A DNA stretch of 64,000 bases from Paraspadella gotoi (taxonomy: Eukaryota > Animalia > Chaetognatha). The notes beneath the pieces are model-generated. The model saw only the letters and a list, made by a program, of their open reading frames with translations, searched no databases and was not told the DNA's origin. Positions 12,400-24,643 of this stretch are shown one piece after another. A program made the position numbers and the translations under genes. Position 1 is the stretch's first letter, and each line of letters starts with the position of its first letter. The stretch spans positions 2,989,476 through 3,053,475 of the forward strand of contig JBJCIZ010000239.1 in the NCBI GenBank assembly GCA_051294375.1, written 5' to 3'.

Positions 12400-14764
12400 T
12401 CAATTGGTTCTGATTTGATAGTCGCCGTTTTGCGTGATGTATCGAACCCAAGGAAGCGCTTGGTAGCCGCTCTTTTCGATGATCTTCAAGTAGCGAACCT
12501 TGATGCAGGAGAATCCGAAATTGACAACATCGCTCATTTCAAAAAAAAAACACGCCCCACCCTCCACATGCCCGATCAACCCGACCTGAATTCCCGAGGT
12601 GGTGAAGTAGGGGATCTCGAAGCGAACGTAGATGGGAGGTTTTCCCTCCGTGTCTTCCCTCTCGACGGAAGGAAGACCGAAGTGGGCCCGCATGAGAAAC
12701 TCCTTCCCGCCCGGAAAGGATTTGATGGACCAGATGATGGCGTCCTGTTCCGGAACGTACTTGACGCTGCCCACCGTCGTCTTGAATTTAGGGGAATCGG
12801 CGTCGGGAGGAACGGGGACGATGATCTCCACGTTGTTGGCCGTCGAGCGGCGCTTGAACTGAAAAAAGAAGTTGGGGGTGTGAAGATGGAAAGAGGTTTT
12901 GAAAAAGCGGTTGCCAGTATTGGCAGAAAAACGATAAATACACGTACACGTACAATATACTTTGTATATCTGACTTCCCTTCACCTGAGATTTGGCTTTG
13001 ATCATGTATTCGACCCGCGAGTGGTCGTGACGCTCGATAACCGACTCGATCCAAATCAAGGGTTTCACGTGGGTGTTCAATCTACAGGGAGAGGAAAAGG
13101 TCACGAGGCGGGTAAGTCGAGCGGCGAACATCGGGCGCAACAACAACAACAACACCTGTACGACATGAGCTCGAACTCCCCGTCGGGCGGGATGAAGGAA
13201 ATGGTGCGGTCGTTGTCGAATCGCGAGAGGCGAACGCACTGATGGAACTTGACGTCTTCGAGTTCGACGGATTTGCTTTTGCCGCGGCCGGTGCTTTCGA
13301 AAAGAACCTACAGAGAAATTTAGTGGTCATTTTTTACAATATTTCGTTGTTATATCGATGGTAGGACGATTTATCGCCGCGATGATTAGTTCGAAATTAA
13401 AACGAAAGCAAAACAAAACAAAAAAAAGCCGAATACTACTTTACGTCGTTCAGGATCGAAATCTGGGGAAAGAAAAAAAAAAGGAAAAGACGCGACGCGC
13501 TTGAATGAGTCATGGGACAAGAACATTGGAAAGGGAAAATGGAAACGCAGAAAAAAAAAAAGGAAAAAAGGCGGCCCCCTCGCACCTTGTCGTTAAGACC
13601 GAGCCTTAGTTCGGGCATTCCGGACAGAAAGACTTTCATCTTGATGGCACCGACGATCTCGCTTCTCAGCACGTTTCCGTTCGTGGAGACAAGCAGGTTG
13701 ACCGATTCTTTAAAAAAAAGGGGGGTGGTGGGAGTGGGTGTGGTTGGGGGGGGGAGATGAATTGGTGAATTATGACGTGAACCATGACGAAGTGAGGCTC
13801 GAGTCTCACCGATGACGTCGAGGAATACTTCGTTCTTCCGATACTTGATTCCTTCCGAGCGCCAAGAGACGGCGTTGGTGACGGCCATGGGGGGACGAGG
13901 GGCGATGTCGAGCTTGTGACTCTCTTGCGTGATGAACTCTTGCAAGATCCTGCTGTCTGTGAACATCAAATAAAAATAAAAAATCAAGACGTGGGCCAAG
14001 AAAACAAGACGATGCAAAAACATACCGGTGGTCTGCGGATAGCCGAAATCCATGACTTCGTCAAGGAGCTCATAGATGAGGACGAAGTTGTCTCGGATGG
14101 ACTCCTCCTCGAGTTCCTTGAAGTATTCACAGAAAATGGCGACGAGTTTGTGCAAGAAGGAGAAAACGAGCGCCGCGTTGGCGTTGGTCTTCGTCACCGA
14201 CAAGAGGATCAGGTTGTTGTATTTGATGAAGACGAAAGTCACCTCCCCGTGGACTGAAAGGGATTGAAAAGGGACAATGAATAAGGGATGGATGGAAAAC
14301 CTTAAAACTTCTATGCGATTTAAACATTTCGTACTTTCAGGACACTTCGAGTGGGAAGCTAAGATACTCGGGTACTTATTATCTTATAACAGGATGGATG
14401 GAGACCGTAACCCACCATACTCATCCAAAGTCAGATCGCTTCCGTATTTATTGAATGAATAGCTAATTTTTACATTTGCTAAACCAATTTGGTATGCCGT
14501 TTGAATTATTCGAGATACAAGATATAGTAAAGAATTTTTTAAATCACTCGAATTAATTATCATTAATTGTAATTAATTAACCGCAAAAACCCGTCAAATA
14601 TGTATACCCTCACCGATGATCGGAGAGGAGCATCCTTCTTCCTCCTTTTCCATGACCAAAGTCATAAACTTCTCCACCTCTGAATTTTCCACATCGCCGC
14701 GGTAATTACGAGAGATCAAAGATTTCCCTTTAGAGTCGAGGATGTAAACTGCCGAGCAGGACAT
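12400..14764 (-). CDS. AP1M1: AP-1 complex subunit mu
   Basis: [92 protein letters not shown]. Confidence 0.97.
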
Positions 14765-15165
14765 TTCCCCAACTATTGGTTTTAATTTTTTTTTTCAAGC
14801 AAGATCTAAAATAGTAACGGGATTAACGGAAGTAGTAACGAAAACCAAAACTACAACAAACGAAACGACAGTTTTTTTTCCTCTTTATTTTTTTTCCTCA
14901 GTTGAAAGCCCTGGATAAAAATTGTTAGAACCGAAGTCTCGTGAATATCAAAGTTAGGACTTTACTTTGTCCCGAGGACTCATCATTCGCGATTACGTCG
15001 TTCGTTACTATTCAGTCCTTTCGTCGAGATTCAGTATTTTTTAGTATATTCGTTTACTGAATTTGTTGTAATATATATATATATTGATTATTTTATCGAG
15101 ATTCCCTTTTTAATCTCTTCATAAACTCGAAGAGAAATAGAAAAACTATTTGATCGTCAATCTGC

Positions 15166-15939
15166 TCAAACATCCAAATCATGCCTTTGAAGCATCTCTG
15201 GACTTCCGAAGTATCTCGCCAAGTTTCCTGGAATGTTCTCGGGGGCGTTTAAGGACGGACTGGCGGGTCCTAACAGCGAAAGTGAGGATTGGAGCCGTAC
15301 TCTGCATCGATGAGTGGAGTTTTAAATAGTGGTTGCCAGTTCATTTTGAGATTCAACGTTATTTCACCGGGAGAAAATTTTGTTTTCTATTTATCGACAC
15401 ATTGTCCCCCTATTTTCAGCAGAATCATACACGACACCTCAAAAATGAAATTACCCACTAAATTCAGATTCGTAATTAAGTGAATAAGAGCTCTTGTTAT
15501 TTCGACCTTTCGAAAGAATAATATGGCCACCGCAGCGTCGTCTGCTCTGTTCATCTCGCTCACCGATCATTTTCAAATCGTAACCTTCGCGCTCGACAGA
15601 CGGCAGAGGAAACGGGAAACTATACCAAAAACAAAAGGCCCTTTTATATAGAGGTAAACAATTTTACTTAGTTTTTAATTTGTCAACTTTATGTGTATTC
15701 CAGACATTGATAGTCAAAAGACGGAGAGGGATTGATTACATCACGAACGGGTAGATAATATTCGTTGTCGAGAACCTCAAGAGACGCAAATAGAAACCGA
15801 AAAGCAACCGATTCCCTCTTTCCGGCGCCGAGGATCCCCGACGCCGACCTCGTTCCCGATTCCCGGCGCTCGGACGAGACGCAAAGAGAGTGAGAAAGGA
15901 TTTAAGAAGACGACACCACTGACTACGTCGTTCAATCAT
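15166..15939 (-). CDS. Candidate 3-exon orphan gene, 119 aa
   Basis: Exons 15939-15740, 15619-15564 and 15269-15166 join in frame through GTAATC..TAG and GTGAGC..TAG introns; GC-rich like neighbouring exons; AG acceptor 13 nt before the ATG; no family recognised. Confidence 0.5.
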
Positions 15940-16253
15940 GGTAATTAAAACCCTTCAAAGATTTTAATAACAAAACCAAATTCACATATGACCCCGTGGC
16001 TCTGAAGCAGCTATCTTTATGTATCTTGCTATCACCTTAAGATTGGTCTCAACAAGCGTTAATTTTTACACTAAGCTCAAGCAGTCTACCTCAAAAAGCT
16101 TGCTGAAAAATGAAAAAAAAACAATTACTTTACTAACTAACCATTTCAGGGTTGTAAAACTAATTTGAAAAAAAAAAAAAAACGTTCGTCGTTTCGTTCT
16201 TTTTTTTTTTAAATAATAACATTAATAAATAAAAACGGTCGGAGAGAACATTA

Positions 16254-19125
16254 TCACCGAGAAATATTTTGGTATCTGAAATGAAAATTAAGAACGTAAT
16301 AGTCGAGAGGGGATCGCTGGACGGAGACGAAGAAAGGCGCGAAGGGGTGAGGATAAAACGCGACGCGCGCGTTGTGCGGCAGATTTCGATTCGCGGGCGA
16401 GTGAGAATTGGCGAATCCAGTGTGGAGGCGAAACTTGAGAATTCCGCACTCACGACCGTAAAACCTTCCGAAGTTTCGAGAAGAAAAAAATTTAAATCTA
16501 AAATTAAATCTAAAATTTAAATCTAAAACGAAACGAATTCACGAAACCCGAGTCAATTCATAAAGATTTCCGGGTTTTCCCCATACCGAACGGCCCCTTC
16601 GCTGCACGTCTTGGGCCTTTCGCTCATGGAAATAATCTTTTCGTCGTAGCTGAACAGTTCCATGTCTAGATACGGCGAAGGCGAGAAACCCTGAAAAATA
16701 ATTGGAAGGGGAATTTAAAAAAAAAAGGAAATTGGCCAACCTGAATTCATTCCACTTCCCCCCCCCCGTTCGAACTCAGAACCTGGGCCGGCGTCGGAAG
16801 TTGAAGGAGCAGCCGCTTGACGGCTTCCGACGATCCGCCGAATCGCGCGTGTTCGATCGTTGACTTCAAAAGCTCGTGAAGTTGACGAGAGGAGGCTGAC
16901 GAGGAAATGGAGGAGGTGAACCGCGACGGAGGAACCCGGAAGTGGTCGCAGAAACTCTCCAGCAGCACTACGAGAGAGAGAGAGAGAGAAAGAGAGAGAT
17001 TAAGAAGATTAAAACTTTAAAATAAAACTTGTGTCAGGCAATGCAATTAAATAATTAGGAGAATCAAAACATTTGATTAAAACAAAGAAACCTACCTAGT
17101 AAATCCTCCGAGTCGTGTTCATAGACGGAATAGACTTCCGTCGACACGAAATCGTAAACCATGAAGAGGGCAGGCTGAGTTCCGATTTCGCTGACGCGCT
17201 GCAGGATAGCGTCCTCCGTCGAGTATTTGATCAAAATCGTCTAAAGAGGATCCGAAGGATATTAACCGAAGAAATGGAGGTGGGGGGGGGGAATTAAGCA
17301 GACTCCTAACCTTACCCTATCGTCCAACAACTGCAACTTCCACATCTTCAATGCGACGAGCTGATCGAAAATGCGATAGTAGTAACGAACGCTTTTAATA
17401 TCCGGCCACGCTTGGCGAAACATGTGAGACAAGAGGCGTTGTTTCAAGCTGAATAAGTTTAAGCGTAAGTTAAAATAAGTTAAAATAACCAAAAAGTAAA
17501 GCATTGACGAACCTGTACAAAACTTGGTTTGTTTGTTGAGAGACAAAGGACTCGCGATATTCGGGAAATATCCTTTCGAAGCATTGGCGATCGTCGAGGT
17601 GGCAATACTCGCCCAGGTAGGTCAGCGTCTCCAAAGCCCCGCCCGCCGTGATTCGGAAAATATAGACCGTTTGTTTTTGCACTTCAAGGGAAAAAAAAAT
17701 TAGATTCGTGGTGCATGAAACCCGCGACTAAAAATATGAAAAAACTCGTTTGAGATTCATGGGAGGCAGGAAACAGAGCTTAGCCCTATATTTTTCTTTT
17801 GTCCTCTGTTTGTCCCCATAATTCCTTTTTGAATTTTGCCCTCTCTTTTTCCCTCCTTTCTCCGGACCTGATAAAACGGCGAGGACATCGTCGACGAGAC
17901 TCATCCCTTGATTGCCAGACGTGAAATGAATCTTGTCGTAAGTAAAGAGCTTTTGATCTGTAAATTTGGAAACAAAAAAACGTAAAAAATATTGAGACAA
18001 AACCGTCGTTTTAGCATAATTAAATAACAAATACGAAACCAGTAAAAACGCCGGTGGGAATGTGCAAGATCCACAAGGCGTAGTGCTCGAGAATGAGACG
18101 AGGATTGGGTCGAAGACTCTCGTGGTTCCGATACGAATTGGAAAAAGGAGCGGGATCGCTTTAAATGGGGCGACACAACGTAAAAAAAATTTAGTCCAAA
18201 AAGGAGCGGCATGGAGTTGGGGCGTCGTTCAATTTACCTTGGCGCGCAAACTGAACCCAAAATCACGTGTTCCCCGTCGGAAGTAAAAAGGGAGCATTCC
18301 CTGCGGGGGGGAAATCGGGTTTCTATCTTTTCGAAAAAAGCAACCGAGGGCAAAGGTAAAAAAAAAAGGGGAAACCTGAAGTAGTGGCCGTTGAAGAGTG
18401 GAGGAATGTCGACGACGTGTTTGAGCAGGAAAAATGTGTCAAAGGCGGCGCCGCGAATCTCCACGTCGTTGACGACCTCGTTAAAGATGTTGCACTCGCT
18501 GAATTCGGAGAGCGACTCGCAGCCTGAAGACGAGACGATTTAGTACAACCGGTTTTTCGTTCACCCAGTCAAAAAAAAATTCACCCCCATTCCTCTCTGC
18601 CAGCATGGCGTTGGCGGTGGCGGGTCCTCGGAACTCGTAGACATGGACTGCGGCGAAGTCGTGGGAAAAAGCGAGCAAGAATCTTCCGTCGGGAGAAAAC
18701 TTTCGTAAATAGACGGAGGGTTTAGACGCGTCCGAGATGGTTACATTGGGAAAGACGCACGTGTAAAGAGCGTGCACACGGTTGAAGCTGGTGCCGGGAC
18801 GGAACTTTCGCGAGCGTGACGTGCCTTGCTCGTGGTCCTTTGGTTTGCGAGGAGTAGGGGAGTAGTGAGAAATATTCAGCGGGTTTTTATTTTCTCAAGT
18901 ATGGAGCCTTCAAATACAATTGCTTACCCGTAATCGACAAACGATATTCTGCTTCGGAATTTTTCGTCGAGGGATCTTTTCGAATTTGGAAGAATCGTTA
19001 CGGAAACGAAAGCGGCGGTCGGCGTCGTCGAATGAGGAGACGTCGGCATTGTCTCTCTTAGTTTGTAATTCTACTGAGGGCGCGGAACGATGTTTGACAT
19101 AATTTAAGGACATTAAAGATTCCAT
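16254..19125 (-). CDS. DET1: De-etiolated 1 homolog (CUL4-DDB1 adaptor)
   Basis: IPKQNIVCRL, VFPNVT...YLRKFSPDGRFLLAFS, RECSLFTSDG, LKMWKLQLLDD, SPSPYLDMELFSYD, C-terminal HPFAPFFVSVQR...LNFHFR. Confidence 0.93.
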
Positions 19126-19211
19126 CCCTTTTGTAACTAAAAAGAGTCCCAGAAAAATACGTAAAAAAAATATAAAATAACGGATAAATATATGTAATAC
19201 ATTGAAATGGT

Positions 19212-19511
19212 CTATTTTTTTTTCTGGTTCAACATGGTTCGAAACTTGGAGATGTTGAAACAAACGAAGGAAACTTCCCGGTTTTTCTCGCAACACTTTG
19301 AAAACTCTTCCAATCTGGACTTGCAATCATCCAACTTGGCCTTGTTATCTTTCAGGCATTCTTTAGACAAAGAGCGACAAAAAAATTAAAGGAACTGACG
19401 AGTCACAATTTTACTTGAAACAAAATAGTACAAAATTAATGGAAGGAAACCTGTGTATTTATTCGAAACTCCTAGACATGGGTCGTCCGGGGCTTTTGCT
19501 TTATCTTTCAT
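19212..19511 (-). CDS. CMC4: Cx9C motif protein 4 (p8-MTCP1 family), 2 exons, 69 aa; an optional in-frame upstream exon may start at 19676
   Basis: Exons 19511-19451 and 19360-19212 give MKDKAKAPDDPCLGVSNKYTECLKDNKAKLDDCKSRLEEFSKCCEKNREVSFVC...; DPC and C-x9-C-x10-C-x9-CC-x9-C spacing as in CMC4; absent from the ORF track. Confidence 0.85.
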
Positions 19512-20404
19512 AAGGTCCTTGTCGAGAGTAATTGTTGGCATTTTTTAAAAAAGTTACGACGAATAGGTATATTTCCGAATCAAGGCTGCTTAAAATATAG
19601 TTATTAAACGTTACAATTTGGTCAAACTAGGATTTAAAACCTTGGCCGATGATGGAACCGGAAAGCTAGAAGACATGAATTGAATTTATTTTAATCATTC
19701 CATAATTGGAATTTGATTAGAGTCTTAGACTTAGATTCATTTCTGAGTCTTCATTGTTATTTTATGAAGATTGGGTAGCAACGACGGCCGTGATATTAAA
19801 AAGTCATTAACGCCAAAGACGTCATTATTCCTGCGAATCAAAAAATGTAAGACTAATTTAACAAATTAACCATTGACAAATGACAATAGTCCCCTAGAAA
19901 TACAATGGATCGAGGAAATTTAATCTATAAAAATATTGTATACAATCACATGTATAAAACGAGTGGGAATGATTCATAATCATAGAGCGAATGTAAATAA
20001 AATATATAATGGAATGCTATTAATCATCTTAAATTAAGGGCGAACACCAATCAACTATCAACCGCGTTGGTATAAGGCCAATAAAAAATTTATATTCGAT
20101 ATGATCTTGAAGATATATTCTAAAACTTTTTAATTAATACTATCTGCTTATAAAATACAAGTAAAAAACAATAAAAACTATCACCAAGCTAAGAAAGGTT
20201 TTTATACGCGCGACATTGACGGCGTCGTCGACAACACTCGTTACTGGTGAATCTTGGCATTTAATTAAAAATAAAATAAAATGAAATAAAATAAAATAAA
20301 ATCTTGGCATTTTATTAAAAATATAACGTCAAATCTACGCCGAAACAACACCATTATCATCCTATAAGACCAGTAAGATTAAATAGATTTAAGGCTTGAC
20401 TAGT

Positions 20405-23400
20405 TTAAGCTTTCATCTTGACGGACAGGTTTTCGGCCAACTTGTCCAAAAACTCAAAAGTGTTGAGGTAGTCGCTTCGTTTAATGTTCGACATTCCTCC
20501 TGAGCAAAAATAAGAGTAACATCGGTCATACCGATTTAGGAATGATATCAGGATTCGATCACCTTTAACGCAAATGGCCAAATCCTTGGTCATGTGACCC
20601 CGTTCGATCGTCTCGATGCAAACGGCTTCCAATTTTTCGGCAAACTAAAGGAACAACGAAAATAACAACCGTCGATGAAAAGAAGAGATAAAAGAAGTCG
20701 GCGGATATCGATTTACGTTCGCGAGTGCGGGATTATTGTCCAGTTTGGCCCGATGAACCAATCCGCGAGTCCAAGCGAAGATCGACGCGATGGGATTGGT
20801 CGACGTTTCTTTTCCCTGTTGATGCATACGATAGTGACGCGTGACGGTGCCGTGGGCGGCTTCGGACTCGACCGTCTTCCCGTCTGGAATTCAATTGACG
20901 ACAAAATTGGAAAAAAAACCAAAAAAACAATCAACTTTTTTTCCCCCCTTTTGATAAAAAACCGCCGGACCTGGGCAGACGAGAACGGACGTCATCATGC
21001 CCAACGACCCGTAGCCCTGAGCGATGGAATCCGACTGAACGTCGCCATCGTAGTTTTTGCACGCCCAGACGAAACCGCCGTTGCTTTTCATGGCGTAGGC
21101 GACCATGTCGTCGATGAGGCGATGCTCGTACCAGATTCCCAGAGACTCGAATTTTGACTGAATGAGGAAAGATTAAGAGAGGCCTAGAGAGGCTATTGAA
21201 CATATTGTGCATTTTTTTATGGGTGACCTTGCCGAGTCGAGACGAATCATTTGCCTCTACGACTCGATACAGAAGGCTTCGTATTATAAAATGACGTCGT
21301 TGTTTTATGTGAGGCCAATTTCAATATTTGACCCCCTGAGTCAAGATATGGAACCCCCGGGGATAACCCATAGGGACAAACAAATGGTCAGTATTTTTTT
21401 TTTAACATTGGCACAGACGTTTACTCTTTCACAAAAACCAAATTATTACCACAAAACTATTAGTTAAACTGTGGCGGTATATTCACACCGCCTCACGTCC
21501 GTCATCCTTCAGCCAAGTCCATTGGCTCAGAGGGGAACACACCATCCCAAGCGTAGTGTTCCATCCACAGTCCTAACGACTTCCCTCTGCGTTGGCAAAG
21601 CGAGACCGTCCTAGGGTAACCGCGCCAGTGACTGGAGGCGTCACTGAGGGTCGGAAGCCCCAAAGCCAACAGTGAGATGCCCCATCCCAATGGGCATCAC
21701 AGGCAACCCGGCTGTTGCCATAAGTGGTGAGCCCTACTATCGAACACGCAACTTTCTCAGGGTACGCTACGACAAACACCTATGCCCTGCCAACTTCGGG
21801 TACGCTACGACAAATGCCTATGCCCCTGGGGTACGCTACGACAAACGCCTATGCCCCCACAACTCGCGCTCTCTCTCTCTCTCCCACTATGGTGACAGTC
21901 TTGTCAGACACCTCTCAGGCTTGAGGAACCTGAGTGATGTCTTGGTCCGGGGATCCTGTGGCGGTATATTCACACCGCCTCACGTCCGTCATCCTTCAGC
22001 CAAGTCCATTGGCTCAGAGGGGGAACACACCATCCCAAGCGTAGTGTTCCATCCACAGTCCTAACGACTTCCCTCTGCGTTGGCAAAGCGAGACCGTCCT
22101 AGGGTAACCGCGCCAGTGACTGGAGGCGTCACTGAGGGTCGGAAGCCCCCAAAGCCAACAGTGAGATGCCCCATCCCAATGGGCATCACAGGCAACCCGG
22201 CTGTTGCCATAAAACTTAATTTTTAGCTTCATGAACATCAGCGTATCAAGTCAAGATTTGGAATAATTTGGAAAAATTGGAAGTAAAACAAACAATGCTT
22301 AATTAGCGAAAATTTTTCAATTTTAATTCTAAAATATTTTTTTTGATATGGTTAAGACGTCAATGCATCTGAAGCTACTAAAATATAAAAATAAAAAAAT
22401 TTAAAAAATTAGCCTTTTTTGGTCCCCTCGGGGTCCAGCTCTTGGGCCCTGTATCATGAGGAATCGAATATCGAAATTCGCCTCGATGGTTTCATTTATA
22501 TCGTCATTAGGACTATATGAAAATTTTTATATTTTATGAACGTTTTACTATTTAATCTTTGTTTTTTACTATTAAATCTATATTATTTAATTATATATGT
22601 GAATATTCCACGCACTCCCGCCCCTTTTTTTTTTTCATTTTCGCACACCTTGTACTCTTTGTCGTAAATGCTTTGGAATATATCTTTGAAGCGTCCATCG
22701 TATTTCTTAAGTATCGTATTCTTGGTCGATAAATAAAGCGGCCACTTTTTATCAAGGGCGTAAACGAAAGAAGAGTGGGCAAATTCGCGGATCGATCTAT
22801 CCGTGTTGTACATGGCCATCGCAACGCCCCCTCCGTCTGTGAACGTGAAAACCTCTTCCTGAAAATAAAGATGACTTTCAATAACGACGCAGAAAGTTTT
22901 ACGTTAAAATCGGCGATCATTACGCACGTGAATGGCAGGGACGGTGCCATCCGCCGGCGTCCACTTGATTTCCACTTTTCCGGGCCCGGGAACGACAAAG
23001 TCCGTAGCTTTGTACTGGTCGCCGTGGGCGTGGCGGCCGATGACGATAGGCTCCGTCCATCCCGTCACCAATCGGGGAACGTTTGAGCAGATTATCGCTT
23101 CTCTGCGAAAGAAATTCAAAAGGCAAATAATGTATGAAACTGCTTCTTTAGTGAAAAACTAGCAAGCACGACCTAAACACGGTTCCGCCCAGAATATTCC
23201 TGATAGTTCCGTTCGGCGATTTCCACATCTTCTTCAACTTAAACTCCTGAACGCGCTTCTCGTCAGGAGTGATGGTGGCGCACTTGACGGCGACGTTATA
23301 ACGCCGCGTCGCTTCCGCAGCCTCGATTGTCACTACATAACAATAACAATAATAAGTTTTTTTTTTATTCCATATTCATCTCATTTATATATTTCAAATA

Positions 23401-23648
23401 TCGTCAGTGTCATGCATACCATTGTCGTCGGTTTTATCTCTATTTTGAATCGATAAATCAAACGAATGAAGCGTGATGTCGAGAAAGGGAAAAATGAGTT
23501 TTTCCTGTTTCGAAAATAAGTTAAATTAACTAAATTTTATCCAATATGATCGTATAAAAAGGCGCACCTTGATCAATTCCCAAATGACCCTCGTCATCTC
23601 ATCGCCGTTCATTTCAACCACATCGCCAGCTCGGATTTTCCCTGCCAT
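20405..23648 (-). CDS. IDH1: Cytosolic NADP-dependent isocitrate dehydrogenase
   Basis: [73 protein letters not shown]; no mitochondrial presequence. Confidence 0.97.
21470..22211 (+). mobile_element. TRIM-type non-autonomous LTR element, family A copy 1 (742 bp), in an IDH1 intron
   Basis: Near-identical ~253 bp LTRs TGTGGC...GCCATA, 4-bp TSD AAAC, PBS TGGTGAGCCC 2 nt after the 5' LTR, short non-coding interior with ~30 bp tandem repeats. Confidence 0.9.
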
Positions 23649-23906
23649 TTTACGATTTGATTTATATCTTCGCTTATTTATAAAAATTTAAAATACTGAA
23701 ATTTATAAAAAAAATTAAAATAGTTCAAAGTGGAATCAAATCAAGGTCACGAAAGATCACAAAGATCAAAATAAATAAGAACAATCTAACAACATTGTCC
23801 CAACAAATAATATGGAACGCAACTGTGTTCATTAAGTAAATGATATCAACGACAGAGCGTACAGTATTTTCAAATACTATCACCAATTCTTGATAACCCG
23901 ATTCAG

Positions 23907-24482
23907 TTATTTTCCCAACGCATCCATTTTTTCTTGAATCGCCTCCAATTTTTCGTAAAACCGGTACAATTCCTCGTGATTAAACTCCAAGAGCAAATTC
24001 TTGGAATCTTGGTTGGAGGCATCGAGCAGAGTCAGCTGCAACAACCCCGTCAAGTCTTTCATTCTGTCGCGAGAGGACGAAGACAGCGTCACGCCCATTT
24101 CCCAGTTCACTTTTTCCAAACGAAATTGTCCGTCGACGCCGCTCTCTTTCTTCATCTTCTGAATAACGCCGGGGGCGCCTTTGACCCACGCCTCGGCTAC
24201 CGCCGTCGCCGCGTTGGTCTCCATTCCTCCATCTCTCAGTGCCGCCTCGAGATCCGAGCGGCTCTTGAGATGAAAGACGGCGTCTCGCAACTTCGCCGTC
24301 AGTTCGTCGACGAAGGACCGCGCCTCTGCGTCCGTCAATGACGAGGCCTGCGCCAATTTGGAAATTTCCTCGAGCGTCAGGACCGGACCGAATCGGATAT
24401 CGGGAAGGCGGAGGAGCAGGCGTGAGGAGACGCCCGAGAGAACGTGGACGGGAACGCGGCTCGAAACCGATAGAGATGACAT
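23907..24482 (-). CDS. COMMD10: COMM domain protein 10 (intronless)
   Basis: LEKVNWEMGV...LLEFNHEELYRFYEKLEAIQEKMDAL matches the COMMD10 C-terminus. Confidence 0.88.
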   Translation of the reverse strand: MSSLSVSSRVPVHVLSGVSSRLLLRLPDIRFGPVLTLEEISKLAQASSLTDAEARSFVDELTAKLRDAVFHLKSRSDLEAALRDGGMETNAATAVAEAWVKGAPGVIQKMKKESGVDGQFRLEKVNWEMGVTLSSSSRDRMKDLTGLLQLTLLDASNQDSKNLLLEFNHEELYRFYEKLEAIQEKMDALGK

Positions 24483-24643
24483 TTTTTATTAATAAATATT
24501 AAATAATACTCATTTACGCAATGATTCGCGGGTTCTTTGCCACATTTATTCAGAAACCAATCTGTAAAATAGAGTTGAAAAAATAAAAAAAAACTGCAAT
24601 GAGTAACGGTAACAGTTCAATTAGTGTACTCAAATGAAGAAAA

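Noticed and set aside
20350-20407. IDH1 ends MKA* without PTS1; possible readthrough-encoded PTS1
   Set aside because: Stop is TAA and the in-frame extension does not end in an SKL-like tripeptide
21760-21860. ~30-bp direct repeats (GGGTACGCTACGACAAAC...) resembling a CRISPR array
   Set aside because: No unique spacers, eukaryotic context; tandem repeat inside the TRIM interior
21502-22238. ORFs within the TRIM copies (also 40005-40926)
   Set aside because: Short, no gag/pol motifs; incidental frames in GC-rich LTRs
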